Below the pieces are notes generated by a model. The model saw only the letters and a list, made by a program, of their open reading frames with translations, was not told the origin of the DNA and did not search any database. A stretch of DNA of 63,421 bases, filler included, from Dicyema japonicum (taxonomy: Eukaryota; Animalia; Dicyemida): NCBI GenBank assembly GCA_011109175.1. It is 12 parts of 11 records of this genome, joined end to end, with 100 filler letters (N's around TTAATTAATTAA, not from the genome) between each part and the next. Parts side by side here need not be neighbours in the genome. Positions count along the whole stretch, not along the records: positions 1 to 26,010 come from RDEW01000090.1; 11 more parts are not named here. One strand, given 5' to 3'. The translations under genes and the position numbers were made by a program. Numbering within the stretch: position 1 is the stretch's first letter; each line of letters starts with the position of its first letter. Shown piece after piece: positions 1 through 12,000 of the stretch.

Positions 1-1619
1 ATGATCAACTGGCTAGCGATCAGCGTGTTCTATTGACAGCTCTGAAGACATTGACTACTCTGCCTATGTACATTATGCATACCCTATCGGAGAGGGAAAG
101 AAAAAAATCAATCATGTCCATACTAAAAAAATATCCACATATTTTTCTCTGAGAGCTTATTGATCGACTTCGCTTACATATCCCGAAACTACGAGAAGCA
201 AACGTCGATTGTCTCGGACACACAAAGATTACGAAGTTTAATGCATCGCAAACTTACAGACGGTGGAATCCGTGAGGATTCTTGCAGATTAGAAATGTAT
301 ACTTGAGCCATCTGAACAGTCCCACGCAGCATTTGTCGAGTGACATCTAGTTTCCAAAGATCTCCCTTGCCTTGTACAAAAACCTCATCTACTTCATTCA
401 GAAGAAGACGTAAAAAATGGGATTATCTCTTTCGTCTAGAGCAGAAGTGGAGAAATTGATGGGGTCCGCCTGGGACATCTAAAAGATTTTATTGCTCAGA
501 ACTCGGGTAGATATGACCTTATTATAGATAACCCAGTAAAAATTGTATAATACATCGATGCACGAGACAGGATGGTTATGAGAACTTTCTCGATATCACT
601 CGTTAAAGGAAATAGCCTGGTCATTCAAGAGGCCTAAATTATAGACGTTCTCAAATTGTAACACAATAATTGTTTCCTAAATAAACTGACTCGCTTAGCT
701 ACAATAAAAAGCCACGATGTACGTAAGGCACAATGATTTCTCGATATCCCCTGTGAAAATTAGATCATCGGTTGAGTCAATAAAATGATCATTTGGCTGA
801 GTCCTGGTACTGGGGGTTTACTAAGACAGATATATCACGTAAAACCACACTGATTAAACGAGAGAAGTAGACAGAGTATGAATATATAAGATTCGAATAT
901 GTAGCCACTGTAAAGTTGTTATGGGTATGAAATCATAAAGAAGTTAGTTAGTTACTCCAGCCATGCTAGCTAGAGAAGGCGGTGATCTTCAACGCCAAAC
1001 TAAAATTGATAAAAAATAAAAAAATAATTAAATTATTTATTATTTTTTTTTAATCTATTAATAAATCTAACTTCTAAGTGTCGTGCTGTCGTCAATTAAG
1101 TCTGAATATATTTTTATTTACATTGATAATCCAATGGACTTCTTTCGCGTGGATTGTTACGTACTGACAGGTAAACAAACTTTTTTTAGTTGCCAGAAAA
1201 AAGTATATCAAAATACGCTGGAGATTTTGTCTGAACATAAAAACCTAGTAAAGAAAAATGTGTTTGATAACTTTCGCCTATATAAACTTGATCAGAGCTC
1301 ATTTCCATTCTTCAAGCTGATTTTCGATACAATTGTAATGACCGTGAAATATTTATCAATTCAATATGTTTATATTACCGGTTTTTTACCCTACCACGTG
1401 GTTTTATTAGAGAGAGATTGCAGAACACTTTAGCAGCAGTGAAGTATATTTCATCGTTAGTTTTAGTACGTCGCAACCCTTTTGTTTATAATAACGTTCC
1501 TAGAAAAGTATCATCTCGTTGCTATTTTCATATCATTCCAATTTTGTTATCTAAGAAAAACATGGATTCACAAGCAGGTTAACCTGATTAAAAAAACTAA
1601 TTATTTTTAAGCTCTAAAA

Positions 1620-1910
1620 CAGTGGTTCTGAACGGGGGCGCTGAAATTTTAATTTTTTATTTATTATAAATATTTTCATTAGGTTTTTATAATTATTTAT
1701 CACTTGCTTTTCAAATTAATTCTACTTTTCTAAAAAATTATATACTGCTATATTTTCTAATTGTATTTAATATTTTATAGATGTGATATACAAAAAAGTA
1801 AAACGACTTGTATATTCTGATGAATATTTAAAGTTTGGATTGATACCCTAACGAGCATAACAAACTACTTCCTATGTGTCTTATGTGTAAGAAGGTCCTC
1901 AAGAATGTTA
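1620..1910 (+). mobile_element. Left end of a Buster-type hAT DNA transposon (TIR plus N-terminal fragment)
   Basis: TIR-like CAGTGGTTCTGAAC at 1620. At ~1795-1905 it reads KKVKRLVYSDEYLKFGLIPNEHNKLLPMCLMCKKVLKN, resembling the Buster/ZBED5 transposase N-terminus. Confidence 0.7.
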
Positions 1911-2039
1911 AATTTATCTTATTATTTTTTTATAAAATCAATCAAGTAAATATTAGCTTGCAAGGAAACAACATTAATTTAATAAACTTAAATTATCATG
2001 TTTTTTATTTTTTTAGAACCCAAATTTGTCATTCAGACA

Positions 2040-2135
2040 AAAATACAAATGCTAATTGAGGAAGCCTGCTGCGTCCATCGCGAACAAGTTCCCTCGGAGT
2101 ATGGGCATTCCAATTTTTGTATCAGCCAGAACGTC
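2040..2135 (-). mobile_element. 3' terminus of a CRE-like (REL-endonuclease) non-LTR retrotransposon
   Basis: Near-identical to segments at 3870, 22045 and 51495. The minus strand encodes a KIGMPILRGNLFAMDAAGFLN* type REL C-terminus. Confidence 0.75.
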
Positions 2136-3369
2136 ACATTGAAATCTGATGGAGTCTATTATTTGAGGCTTATGTTGACAGTTATAAAAGAGTATATATT
2201 TTGATTACTCTAGATGATTTCTTGAATAAGGATTTATTTGAAGCGAAAAAAAAAGATTTTAATTTTTCCACGATTTAACAATAATACTTTAAACTGCACA
2301 TTTTTACAAAATTTATAGTTGAATGTTATACTGTTGAATTAATAATAGAATTGGTTTATTGTAAGATCCATAGTATATTTAAGATGGTATATCTTATACT
2401 AAAAGCAGAACGATTTCTAAATCTCCATATAATGATACTACAAATGTGGATCTACTACTATTATTTTGACTTGTGTTTTTTTTCTTTTTCAGTGTATTTT
2501 ATGAAGTTACAGTTATACCAGAATAATTCTTGGGATATTTTACTGGAAGAAATTTTAATTAAAATTTATTTAGTCAATGACTGTAACCCAAATAATGACC
2601 AAAATTTCCAATTTGGATTTTAGTTGAAGTGATGTAATCCGATGGATACCAGGTGGGAAAGTCAAATATCATATATTGAAAATAACAATATTGTATATGT
2701 ATGCGTTAATCTTTAGATATGTATGAGTTATTCGCTAATGATTATAAAGCATAATATCATAGATTGGACAATAATTATAATGAATGTGGGTTGGCTGGTA
2801 AGCATTCCTTTATTCTATTTCGGCATATATTGCTGATGATGAATATCGGATTTTTAAATTTTATTTTTTGTGTTGGAATAATGAAAAATATAAATTGTTT
2901 GTACGTGGAACGAAACTTCAAATATACTTGGTTAGGTAATCATTATCATTGCGGATTAATTTCACAAAACACACCAATGGATTTTCTATCGAAATATCGT
3001 CTTTTAAATTACAACTTTTCCGTAATGATTCGACTGTTTGATTCAACGGCAATTTAAACAACTTAATTTCAGATGAAGGACGTTTTGTGTAACAATCAAC
3101 CTCTGAAAAATGAAGGAAACATCTAATAATTAGAATTGTATGCGGAGTTATCGGACTGTCAATAGCTGGACTATAACTTTTTTTATATCAAATCGAAATC
3201 TCATTTGGAACTATTTATCAGCAGCTTTATATACAATAATTGGGATTTTTAATTTTGTTGAATTGGTCAAACAATTCGACGTGAATTTTGGAAAAAGAAA
3301 ATTAGTTTTACAGATCGTACTCAAAAAAGAGAATTGCAACGGAAAACATCCGATTAAATGAAACTATGG

Positions 3370-3560
3370 AGAACATAGTGATCGTTTAATGCCATTGGAG
3401 ATACATGCACAACAAATGCGGGTTGAAGAATCAGCAAAACAGCATAGCAGTCGGTTAACCGAATTGAGGAAACATGTACAACACTACGGGCTGAAGAATC
3501 AGCAAAGCTACGCTCGCGACATTCCCACGTGGAGCGTGCAGAGCTGTCTAGTTATTTCTA
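3370..3560 (+). mobile_element. Possible Helitron N-terminal (STPR-like) repeat fragment
   Basis: Repeated RVEESAK/RAEESAK ...SRL motifs across two frames. Motif resemblance only. Confidence 0.3.
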
Positions 3561-3869
3561 AAAATGTTTTAAGATATTAACAAAACCTATATTTACTAAT
3601 TTAATTGTTTATGGCTTTCTGTGAGAGGACAATTTTGTGTGGCAAGGAAGCCAATAGTAGACTTGTTTATGTTTAGGATGCTCAACAATTTACCTTTATG
3701 TTCGATATCCCCTGTGAAAATTAGAAAGAATTATTTTGTATTTGGTGCTGGTATCCAATCAATTTTAAAAGCGTAGAAGGTATGAATCCTATTTTTTTGT
3801 TTCCTCATTCTCCGTAACTGAATCCAATTTAGGAATTTTTTTTAATTTATATTTATTTTTTTAGACAAT

Positions 3870-4085
3870 TAAACAAATGCCAGTTGAGGAAGTTTGCTGC
3901 GTGGATTGCGAACGAATTTCCTCTGAGTATGGCCATTCCAATCTTTTGTCTTAGTCATAACACGTTGTGATTTTCCGTGGGAGTATGGGAATAACGTCAT
4001 TCCATCCGGCCTCTTCCTGTCGCCTCTGTCTAAGCCCAATGGTTTCAATTGGGCCGGAAATCCCGTAGCAAGCATTAAGTCAGCC
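3870..4085 (-). mobile_element. CRE-like non-LTR retrotransposon REL endonuclease / 3' end fragment
   Basis: PLGLDRGDRKRPDGMTLFPYSHGK (PD motif of the REL domain), followed by the shared 3' terminus. Confidence 0.85.
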
Positions 4086-4611
4086 GCACATAGCGGAGAT
4101 CGCTCAAAAAATGATAGAAAAGAAAAGAGCTGGGTATCAAAGTGTAAACAAAATTAAAAAATTATGAGCTATTTACGAGTAAAAGAATATACTAGTAACA
4201 TCTCTGAACATACAAACAAACACTTAGAAGACGGTCCCGAAATCTAAAAATCATAAATGATGTTTTGTTTTCAACTAAAAATAATGGATCACTCAGGATA
4301 GTTGTTTGCTGTCGCATGCAATTAGTAGAGTCTGTCAGGTCTGCTGTATTAATTTTATATTTTATTTGGTATTAATATTAAATATAATAAAGATCACTAA
4401 CCCTGTTAAACAGAATCAGATCGCTCAAAAAATGATAGAAGAGAAAAAAGCTAGCTAATTGAGCGCATTTCCTTGCAAATACATCGCTATTTGGTTGAAG
4501 TTTTCTGTTTGCTTTATTTCTCTTCTTCTCTTCCTACTAAATTAGTGAAAGCAGACGATCTGTACGATGTACAAATGAGGGCAAAAAACAAGATGGCGTA
4601 GGCGAGTAGGG

Positions 4612-4740
4612 TGGCCCCAAAGTTTGGCTCAAGCGAACCTTTTAGGTCTACGCTAAAGAGCTCTTAACTAACTAATTGAAAAAGCAATTATCAAAAACAG
4701 ATATAAAATATATAACTCTAATTATTGTGATCTTTGCTGT
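4612..4740. repeat. 129-bp direct repeat, left copy (pairs with 6252-6380)
   Basis: TGGCCCCAAAG...CTTTGCTGT. 126 of 129 bases identical to 6252-6380, offset 1640. Confidence 0.95.
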
Positions 4741-6251
4741 GAATGAATGAATAAACTTTATTAGGCAAAAACAAATGTTAGTAATCAGGGAAGAACTAAC
4801 TAAGGGCCCTTTCACCGCCTTGCGGCAGCGTTTTCGTGCCATCACTTTCGTCTTCCCCGAGCCTCCTTCTTTAATTTATTTCAAGATCTTTTTAATAACT
4901 TCCTCCGGGTCCTTAAATCAGGGTTTCCTCTTTCCGGCAGCGGCGCTCCATAAGACAATCCTAGAGAATACCGTATTGCCCGCCGCCGAATTTTCCTCAA
5001 GTTGGTGAGGCACTTTTCGCGTTCCTCACTGCAATACCAGGAGTGCGCACCATAGTGAGCATAGGCAGCACCATGGCGTTGAACATTTTGGCCCAGGCAT
5101 CGCGACTCAGCTGAAAAGCCCTCAACGCTCCTAGTCTTTGCACAGCCCGCCTCTTAACGAGGGCGGTGTGCTCCTCGAAACTACACTTGGAGTTGAATGT
5201 CACTCCAAGGTAGCTCGTCCGCCCAGTAACCTCTATAGGTACCCCATAGATGGTTACTCTAGGTATTAAATTATTAGACCGCTTAGGGCGGCCAAAAACT
5301 AACAACTTGCATTTCTCAGGTCTCAGCCTAAGTCCTCTGCTCCCACACCAGCGTATGATTTCATTGACAGCTACTTGAATCCTCCGACACGCTACATCTG
5401 GTTTCCACGAGTGATCCCAGAGTACTATGTCGTCCGCATAGATAGCCATCTCCGTCCTCACATTGGGGTGGGGAGTGTAGACATATATATTGAATAGGGT
5501 AGGGCTTAAAACCGACCCTTGTGGAACTCCCCGGTTAGATCTAAACAAACTAGATCGGCAACCTTTATGCCTTACGTAGTTCATCCGATCCTATAAGAAG
5601 CTTGATAACCAGCTCCTTAGTTCTAGAGAAATTCCTCTTTCTACAAAGGCGCATCGGAGGCCGTCATGCCAACCGAGTCGAACGCCTTCTCCACATCCAG
5701 GAATAGCGCGGCGGTACACTGCTTTTTACTCCTTTCACGAATCTGAGAGCTCAACCTCCAAAGGCAGTCTCCACAGAAACGCCCCTTACGGAATCCCATC
5801 TGAAGGTCCGAGAGGGTGTCTTTTATTATGCATTCCTGGGTGGTATCACTCTCTCTAAGATTTTAGCAACGGCAGGTAACAAGCTTATAGGGCGGTAGCA
5901 ACTAGGCTATTCAGGAGGTTTTCCTGGTTTCCTTAAAAAAACCAGTTCCGCTTCCTTCCAACGCCTAGGAACGTAACCCAACCTGAAGCTACCGTTGTAC
6001 AAACTCACCAAAGTCGCCAAGAGACTTCCAGGTCCTTTCTTGAAAAGGGCCATGGGGATCTTGTCCTGGCCCGGTGCGTTGTTCTTCGATTTTATTATCG
6101 CAGCCCGGACCTCCTCCTCAGTATAAATGCCATTTCGGATTCCCCGAGAGTGCTCTGCTTTCGTCTCCCGTAGAGATGACGTCCTCAATACTTAGTCGAG
6201 CAGTCATCTCGACGAATTTCTCTGGTCGAACTGCAGTGACTGCCCCAAAGC
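4741..6251 (-). mobile_element. 5'-truncated, degenerate L2/Jockey-group LINE (RT domain)
   Basis: APGQDKIP..WKEAELVFLRKPGK, LFLDVEKAFDSV, GVPQGSVLSPTLFNIY, YADD, YLGVTF. Ends in a TTTATTCATTCATTC tail at ~4741-4756. Contains frameshifts. Confidence 0.92.
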
Positions 6252-6380
6252 TGGCCCCAAAGTATAGCTCAAGCGAACCTTTTAGGTCTACGCTAAAGAG
6301 CTCTTAACTAACTAAATGAAAAAGCAATTATCAAAAACAGATATAAAATATATAACTCTAATTATTGTGATCTTTGCTGT
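6252..6380. repeat. 129-bp direct repeat, right copy
   Basis: Matches 4612-4740 with 3 mismatches and abuts the 5'-truncated end of the LINE. Confidence 0.95.
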
Positions 6381-7864
6381 CACTTACATAATGAAATATA
6401 TAACACCAAATAAAAGTGAAAAATTTAATACCATATTTATTCAATTCATTTGAATATTATCTTTAGTCATAAAATTAGTGACTACAACTTCTTCAGCTAC
6501 AACGAAGGTCAAATATTTTATTGAACGTATAATCTAGTTATATATTTTTATTTGAAATTTCGAGCATAAAAAGTTCGTTTGCTCGTCCTTTCTAAGTAAC
6601 TTTTCTAGCACTTGGTTAAATTAACTCCAGGTTTACATACAATGGAAAAGGAAGATGACTATAGAAGAATCAAGTTACTCACTCAAACGTTGAATATAAG
6701 AGTTGCGGAAAATAGCAACAATTTGATATCCAATGATTAAGGTTCTTTTGTCCGCCGTTCTTCTAAAGGATATGCTGAAAAATTTGATATTGGAAATTAT
6801 TATAGATAACATGACTAAAAAACAAATCCAACAATAGTCATAATCTCCACACATTGCACTTGAAACTCCAAGTATTTCGGAGCATTCACAAATTTCTTGA
6901 TGCTAGTTGAATTCTTATAATTAAAGCCACAAAATTATCTGTAACAATATTAGTCTCAATTAAATGTTTTCCGTTAATATAAGGAAGAACAATCAATATT
7001 CTATTATACCAATGATGTCCACAATATGGTGTTTCAGGAATCATCAAAAAATAGTCATACCCGAGAAGAAGACTATGAAATACCTTGGCCTCCTAATTGA
7101 CGAGAGATAATTTCATGGAGTATGGAAAAACATGCAAGAAAAAAAAGCTACGAGAGTTCTAAGGAAAAGATTACCATGTGTTTTGAGCGATTTTTAGGGG
7201 AGACTGTCTGGGTAGAAATCGTTGATACTCCAGTTGAGAAAAGCCCGATCATCATTGATTTGAACTGTTCCCTAAAGCTGCATCGGAAGTAGTTCAATCC
7301 GGATGGTTGAGTTTGAGGAAGGTGACCAATGATGATCTTAGTTCTTCCATCGTGAATCGTCCCTCTCTGGTTGTACAACAACCGAATTTTGAAGCCTTAA
7401 AATAACTTAAATTAAGAAAATCAGGATGAATATCTACGACACCTTTAATGTGGTTTTCGTCATCTTTGGTAAACCCTACGCCCGTCGAGACCCCAGGTAA
7501 GAAATAGATCCTTTTTGGTTTTATAGTTATGTATAAATGATAAAATAGTCATTTATTTATTAACTCCGGATACACCTAGAAAGAAGTTAAAGTAAACAAC
7601 TAATTATGTGTATCCAGTTTCCACTTCTACAGAAACAGAATCCATCCGGAATCACCATAAAAAGTAAGACGTGGAAACCCCTCCAGTCCATTACATGCAG
7701 TCGTGGAAACTCTTCCAATAGAGTGGGGGGTAAAATAGTCATAAAATTTTTAATCAGATAATTAAATTAAAATAACCAATTTTATTTAATTAATTTTGAT
7801 TTTATTGAATAAATAAAATAAATAAATTACATAAATAATATATAGTGGCTTGTTTTTTGTAGAA

Positions 7865-8403
7865 ATGTCAAGTGATTCATTAGAGAATAACAAGAAATAC
7901 TGTAAAAGTAATTAAGTAATTTTAATTAATAGAAGTTCAGCAGGAAGAGTTAAAAGTAACAAAAATAATAAAATTAGATGCCTAATAACGCGCTATTGTC
8001 ACGAAGAGAACGGAGTATTATTTATATAAACCTTAGTTCCAACACGAACACTGAATCCTACAGTTGTTAAGGAGTTTCAGTTTTCGGCTATTAGCACAAG
8101 AGAAGTTAAGAGTTCTATCGAAGCGGAGGAATTAAGGTATTGATTAAAGAAACACTAAGAAAAACATTCAAGGCTTATCCTCTCAATAAAAAGATCCTAA
8201 GCCCATCTTATGTACCCCCCAAACCTGTGCTAAAACGCACTAAGTCTCTCATTACGAATAGAAATATGACAGTGAATGACACTACGAATGAGGCGGTGAA
8301 TAATGTCACAAATTTGAATCCACCAAGATTTAAAGCAAAACCTGTTCCCGGATCTTTATATAAATCTCACAAACAGCCAACATTACCCAAAAAACAAATC
8401 TAA
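7865..8403 (+). CDS. TPX2: Miniature TPX2-like microtubule-associated protein, 5 exons, 148 aa
   Basis: Exons 7865-7907, 7933-7955, 7978-8014, 8037-8136, 8160-8403. GT-AG introns of 25, 22, 22 and 23 nt give an uninterrupted 447-nt ORF. Contains KSSIEAEELRKTFKAYPLNKKIL and PPRFKAKPVP, resembling TPX2 motifs (KSxxExEEL, FKAxPLNxKI, FKAxPVP). Confidence 0.72.
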
Positions 8404-8429
8404 CATTTCAATTTTGTTTTCATTTATTT

Positions 8430-9780
8430 TTCGGTAATTTTGAATGTTTATTCGAATTATTTTGTTGTGGTATGTTTTGGGGATTTTTCCTGACCAAATA
8501 GCTAAGTAATAAAGGAACGCAACTGATGATCCTAATTAACTTTTGGGGAAGATTGGAAGCTTCTACCATCTGTTTTAAGAACAAGGTTGTTGCGATCTCT
8601 CATTACAACAACTTCGTTAACAGTTTCATGAGGGTAACAGTGAAAATTTTCACTGAGGAACCGGACCTACACCAAACAAAAAGAATAAAAAGTAGAGAGT
8701 ATTCTTTGGTTCTCTCTTTTCAATTTGTTATCATAACATTTTTTTAATAAAATTAAATAATTTATTACGTAATCCAGCTAAGGTAATTGATTGGACAATA
8801 TTGTGAGAATTAAATTTTAAAATGTTTTCTGAAGAACGGAAATTCTGAATTTGGAGATTAGGCGTCGATAATATCAGAGATCCTAAAATATTAGTATTCA
8901 AATAACTTAGGGAACCTTTTCGTACATGACCAATTGACGCTTTGTGGTTCTTGTGTGACCTAACAATTAAAATTAGATATACGTACATCGAAATAAAATA
9001 GGTAAACGTTATTTACTCTTCATATGTTTACAAGAATTCCAGAGGGAGAGTAGTAAGATATATAATGGCTTATTTGTGTGTTCAAAAAAATCATGGAAAA
9101 TCATATTACTAAGAACATTGGAGAATTAATACTCGATAACTCCCTTGATCCTTTTCAAACGAAATTTGCTTAGGTTCCTCAATTTTTGTTGCAGATGAGA
9201 ATTCCAGGGCATAATATGTCCAACCCTTCTTTTTTTTTAAACTTTATGCATCGAATGTCTTCTGAATTATCATTTCATCAAGCGTAACAAGAGCTCAAAT
9301 ACAACCTAAGATGAGACATTTCCACCTTCCGGCAAATTGACCCTTGGTTAATGTTATATGAAGAGGGCAATGAATATGACAAAACGATTCACCCTTTTGT
9401 TGTCATAGGAAGATACTTCAAGTAGGTAATCTTATTTTTGACAGATTTACTTTGATCTTTAATAAGAAAAGTAACCTAGGGCGAGACTTACTGGCCAAAA
9501 TGAGATACACACAGATAGAAATGAAATGCACTTGCTTAGATGATCATTATAACCGCAATAAGAAGAGCTCAAACCAAGAGTGGTACCGATGATTTGCTTA
9601 GTTAGTCAAAAGCATTTGCACGTTTCTTACAAGGGTGTGAATACTTAGGGTATCACTTGTCTTGTATTCTTTACTGTTCGTTCTAATAGATTTTCCTCAC
9701 TACTTTTATCTTTCTACGCTTCAGTAATAAAAGTCATCCGCTGTTGTCATTTCTTTTCAACTTGTTCATAGCCCTGATCT
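8430..9780 (-). pseudogene. Degenerate spliced gene remnant, possibly the C-terminal part of an ERMP1-like membrane peptidase
   Basis: Several short GT-AG segments on the minus strand (e.g. gtacgtatatctaattttaattgttag, 27 nt) separate protein-like stretches, including a hydrophobic VPLLV*ALLIAVIMII*ASAFHFYLC with in-frame stops. The family guess is weak. Confidence 0.3.
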
Positions 9781-10499
9781 AGACAGAATAGAAACGTAGT
9801 TTCGTCTATGAAGCCCTAGTTCTATTTTCCTATAATAAAGTTGCTTGTCGATCCCCATTTGCATACCCGTGTAGAGTCCCCTATTTTATAATCTTCGGTT
9901 GGTAGATGGCTACGATTTTTCTTAGCTAATTTCTGTGACATCCGCCAAGTCTTTCAAAATCTGTTTTCGTCATTCTCCACATTCCATAGTTATAGAGTAG
10001 GGTAGTGGTATAAATAAACGTACTTGAAAATAAAGAAATGCGCTTCCAAATGTTCCACATCTTTTTCATTGTCCAGAATTTATCTCCAAGATATCCCGGA
10101 ATTTATCTCCAAGAAGCCTGCAGAACTTTTTATTAACTTCCAATTTTCATTAACCCTACGTGGGCATCCGTTGAATTCACATCGACTGACAGAAAATCTG
10201 CATATATTAATTATAATAGATGTTCTTTTAGGTAACTACTCCCTCAATCAGCCTCTATATAAATTTCTGAGTAACTGACAAAACTGAGTCACCCTTAGGA
10301 GCACTAATACAAGTCACTCGTAGGAGTACCAATACCGATTAACTTTTAACTTCTCGAAAGTCCAGATTAACTTTTATCCACTATCGTACACTAAACGATC
10401 TTTAACGAGTCGAATGCTTTCGACAAGTCAACTCTCATAATGTAAATAATTTTCCAGTATTTCTGGCATATTTCCATCATAAGCTCAGAAAAGTATAAT

Positions 10500-10940
10500 A
10501 TTTTCATGGAGCATCATAATATTACCATAGAGCATCATAAACTCGGAACAATGCCAGCTACTAGTTCATCGTTTAAAAAGATTCATGTTAACAAAACAAC
10601 ATGTCTGAGAATCTTTATCAAAAATGGAGTCAAGATCAATTCCCTGATTGGCAAACTAGCACGTCTAACGAATCTACCCACCGATCTTTTCCCCCCAATG
10701 CTTGACCACGCCGCAATCAAAAATAATGGCTCCGGCTTCATCGGTCTGTGTGGCCAAGAAACAAGTCGTTTCTTCCATTTAAGGCTAGTGGCTTCAAATA
10801 CACGAAATTTGGAAAAAAACCCACCCTTCTTCAAACTCTAATAAAAGATGATCGTCGTCTATTTAGGAAAGCCGTGGGTTCTCTGGAAGAACATAGGAAA
10901 AACCTCTCGATCCTGTTGAGGCGTACCGAGATCATTTAAT
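10500..10940 (-). mobile_element. Decayed LINE AP-endonuclease fragment
   Basis: Broken frames resembling the APE C-terminal half (FLIAAWSSIGG...GRFVRRA...). No intact ORF. Confidence 0.4.
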
Positions 10941-11945
10941 TAGTTGGTTTACTCCTTCTTTCTTGGTGTTCCTTTTCGGGGTTATTAAATAAATAAATAT
11001 AAGGGAGTCACTAGGTCCAGGAAAACGATGGGACTTTAGGGTAAAAACGGAGTTTTTTTCAACTTTCTTAATGAATACTGGGATACTCAATTCGTTTTAT
11101 AAGTCAACTATACTTTTATTCTTTGTTTCTTTTACTAGTCTTATAGTTTTCCTTGATCTCCATTCATCTTCACTTTGAGTCTCAGGGTTAGAGCAAACTT
11201 AATCGCCGATCTCTTCGGTTTTTTTTAGCAAAAAAAGATTATTTCCTCTGAGAAAAAGGCCACCCTTAGCAGCCAAATGAAAAAAGACTATATAAATAAA
11301 GATAAAGTATCCTCAAAATCTACATATATCCAAGATATAGCCTTGCTTGAAGAGCTTTCTTCCTTTTAGCATCAAATCTTCTATGAGGTCGCCTTTAAGT
11401 ATAAATATTACGCCCAGATAACGGAGTAGGTTCAGCGTACAGCCCAAGCAGGGGAATTTTTTGTGTTGGGAAAATTCAATTAGGTGTACACTCAATATTT
11501 CACAAACGACACTCGTTCGCTTGGGAAATCTCTAATGTATTCATACAGGCATAAGATACTTTAAATCAATGAATTTTTTCAGAAGGTCCTCATGAAACAC
11601 AATATCAAAAACCTTGCTTATGTCGGGGAGGATGACATCAGAAATCCCACACTCAAGAAATTCTTTGATTTAACGAGACTTATTCCCTCAACGTGGAAAA
11701 GACAATTGTTCACATGATCCCGAAAAAAAGAAAGTCTAGATTAAATTCAAAAATATAAGCCGATTAGCATAATTTGCAGCATGTTACGGTCTAATGGTGT
11801 GTTATGGCACTGATAAACCTCGACTGCGACCAAATTTACTAAAAATTGGCAGAGTCGTTTATTATATATAAAAACACTAAATATGATGTTTTTTGTCGAT
11901 AAGATTTATTTAGTTTTTTTAGGTACAATTGTCATCTACGTACGA

Positions 11946-12000
11946 CAGGGGTGGCTAACCTTTTTCGCTCGCGAGCTACTTTTGTATAGTTATTTTCTGG
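11946..12000 (+). mobile_element. Solo hAT terminal inverted repeat
   Basis: CAGGGGTGGCTAACC followed by GCTCGCGAGC, the same arrangement as the left end of the hAT at 54659. Confidence 0.6.

Noticed and set aside
200-560. Possible CRE-type RT remnant (KLTDGGIR)
   Set aside because: It is a single short motif in broken frames, too weak to list as a feature.
8430-9780. Stop-codon reassignment suggested by in-frame TGA/TAA
   Set aside because: The intact genes use the standard code and end in TAA, and the stops co-occur with frameshifts. Decay is the simpler explanation.
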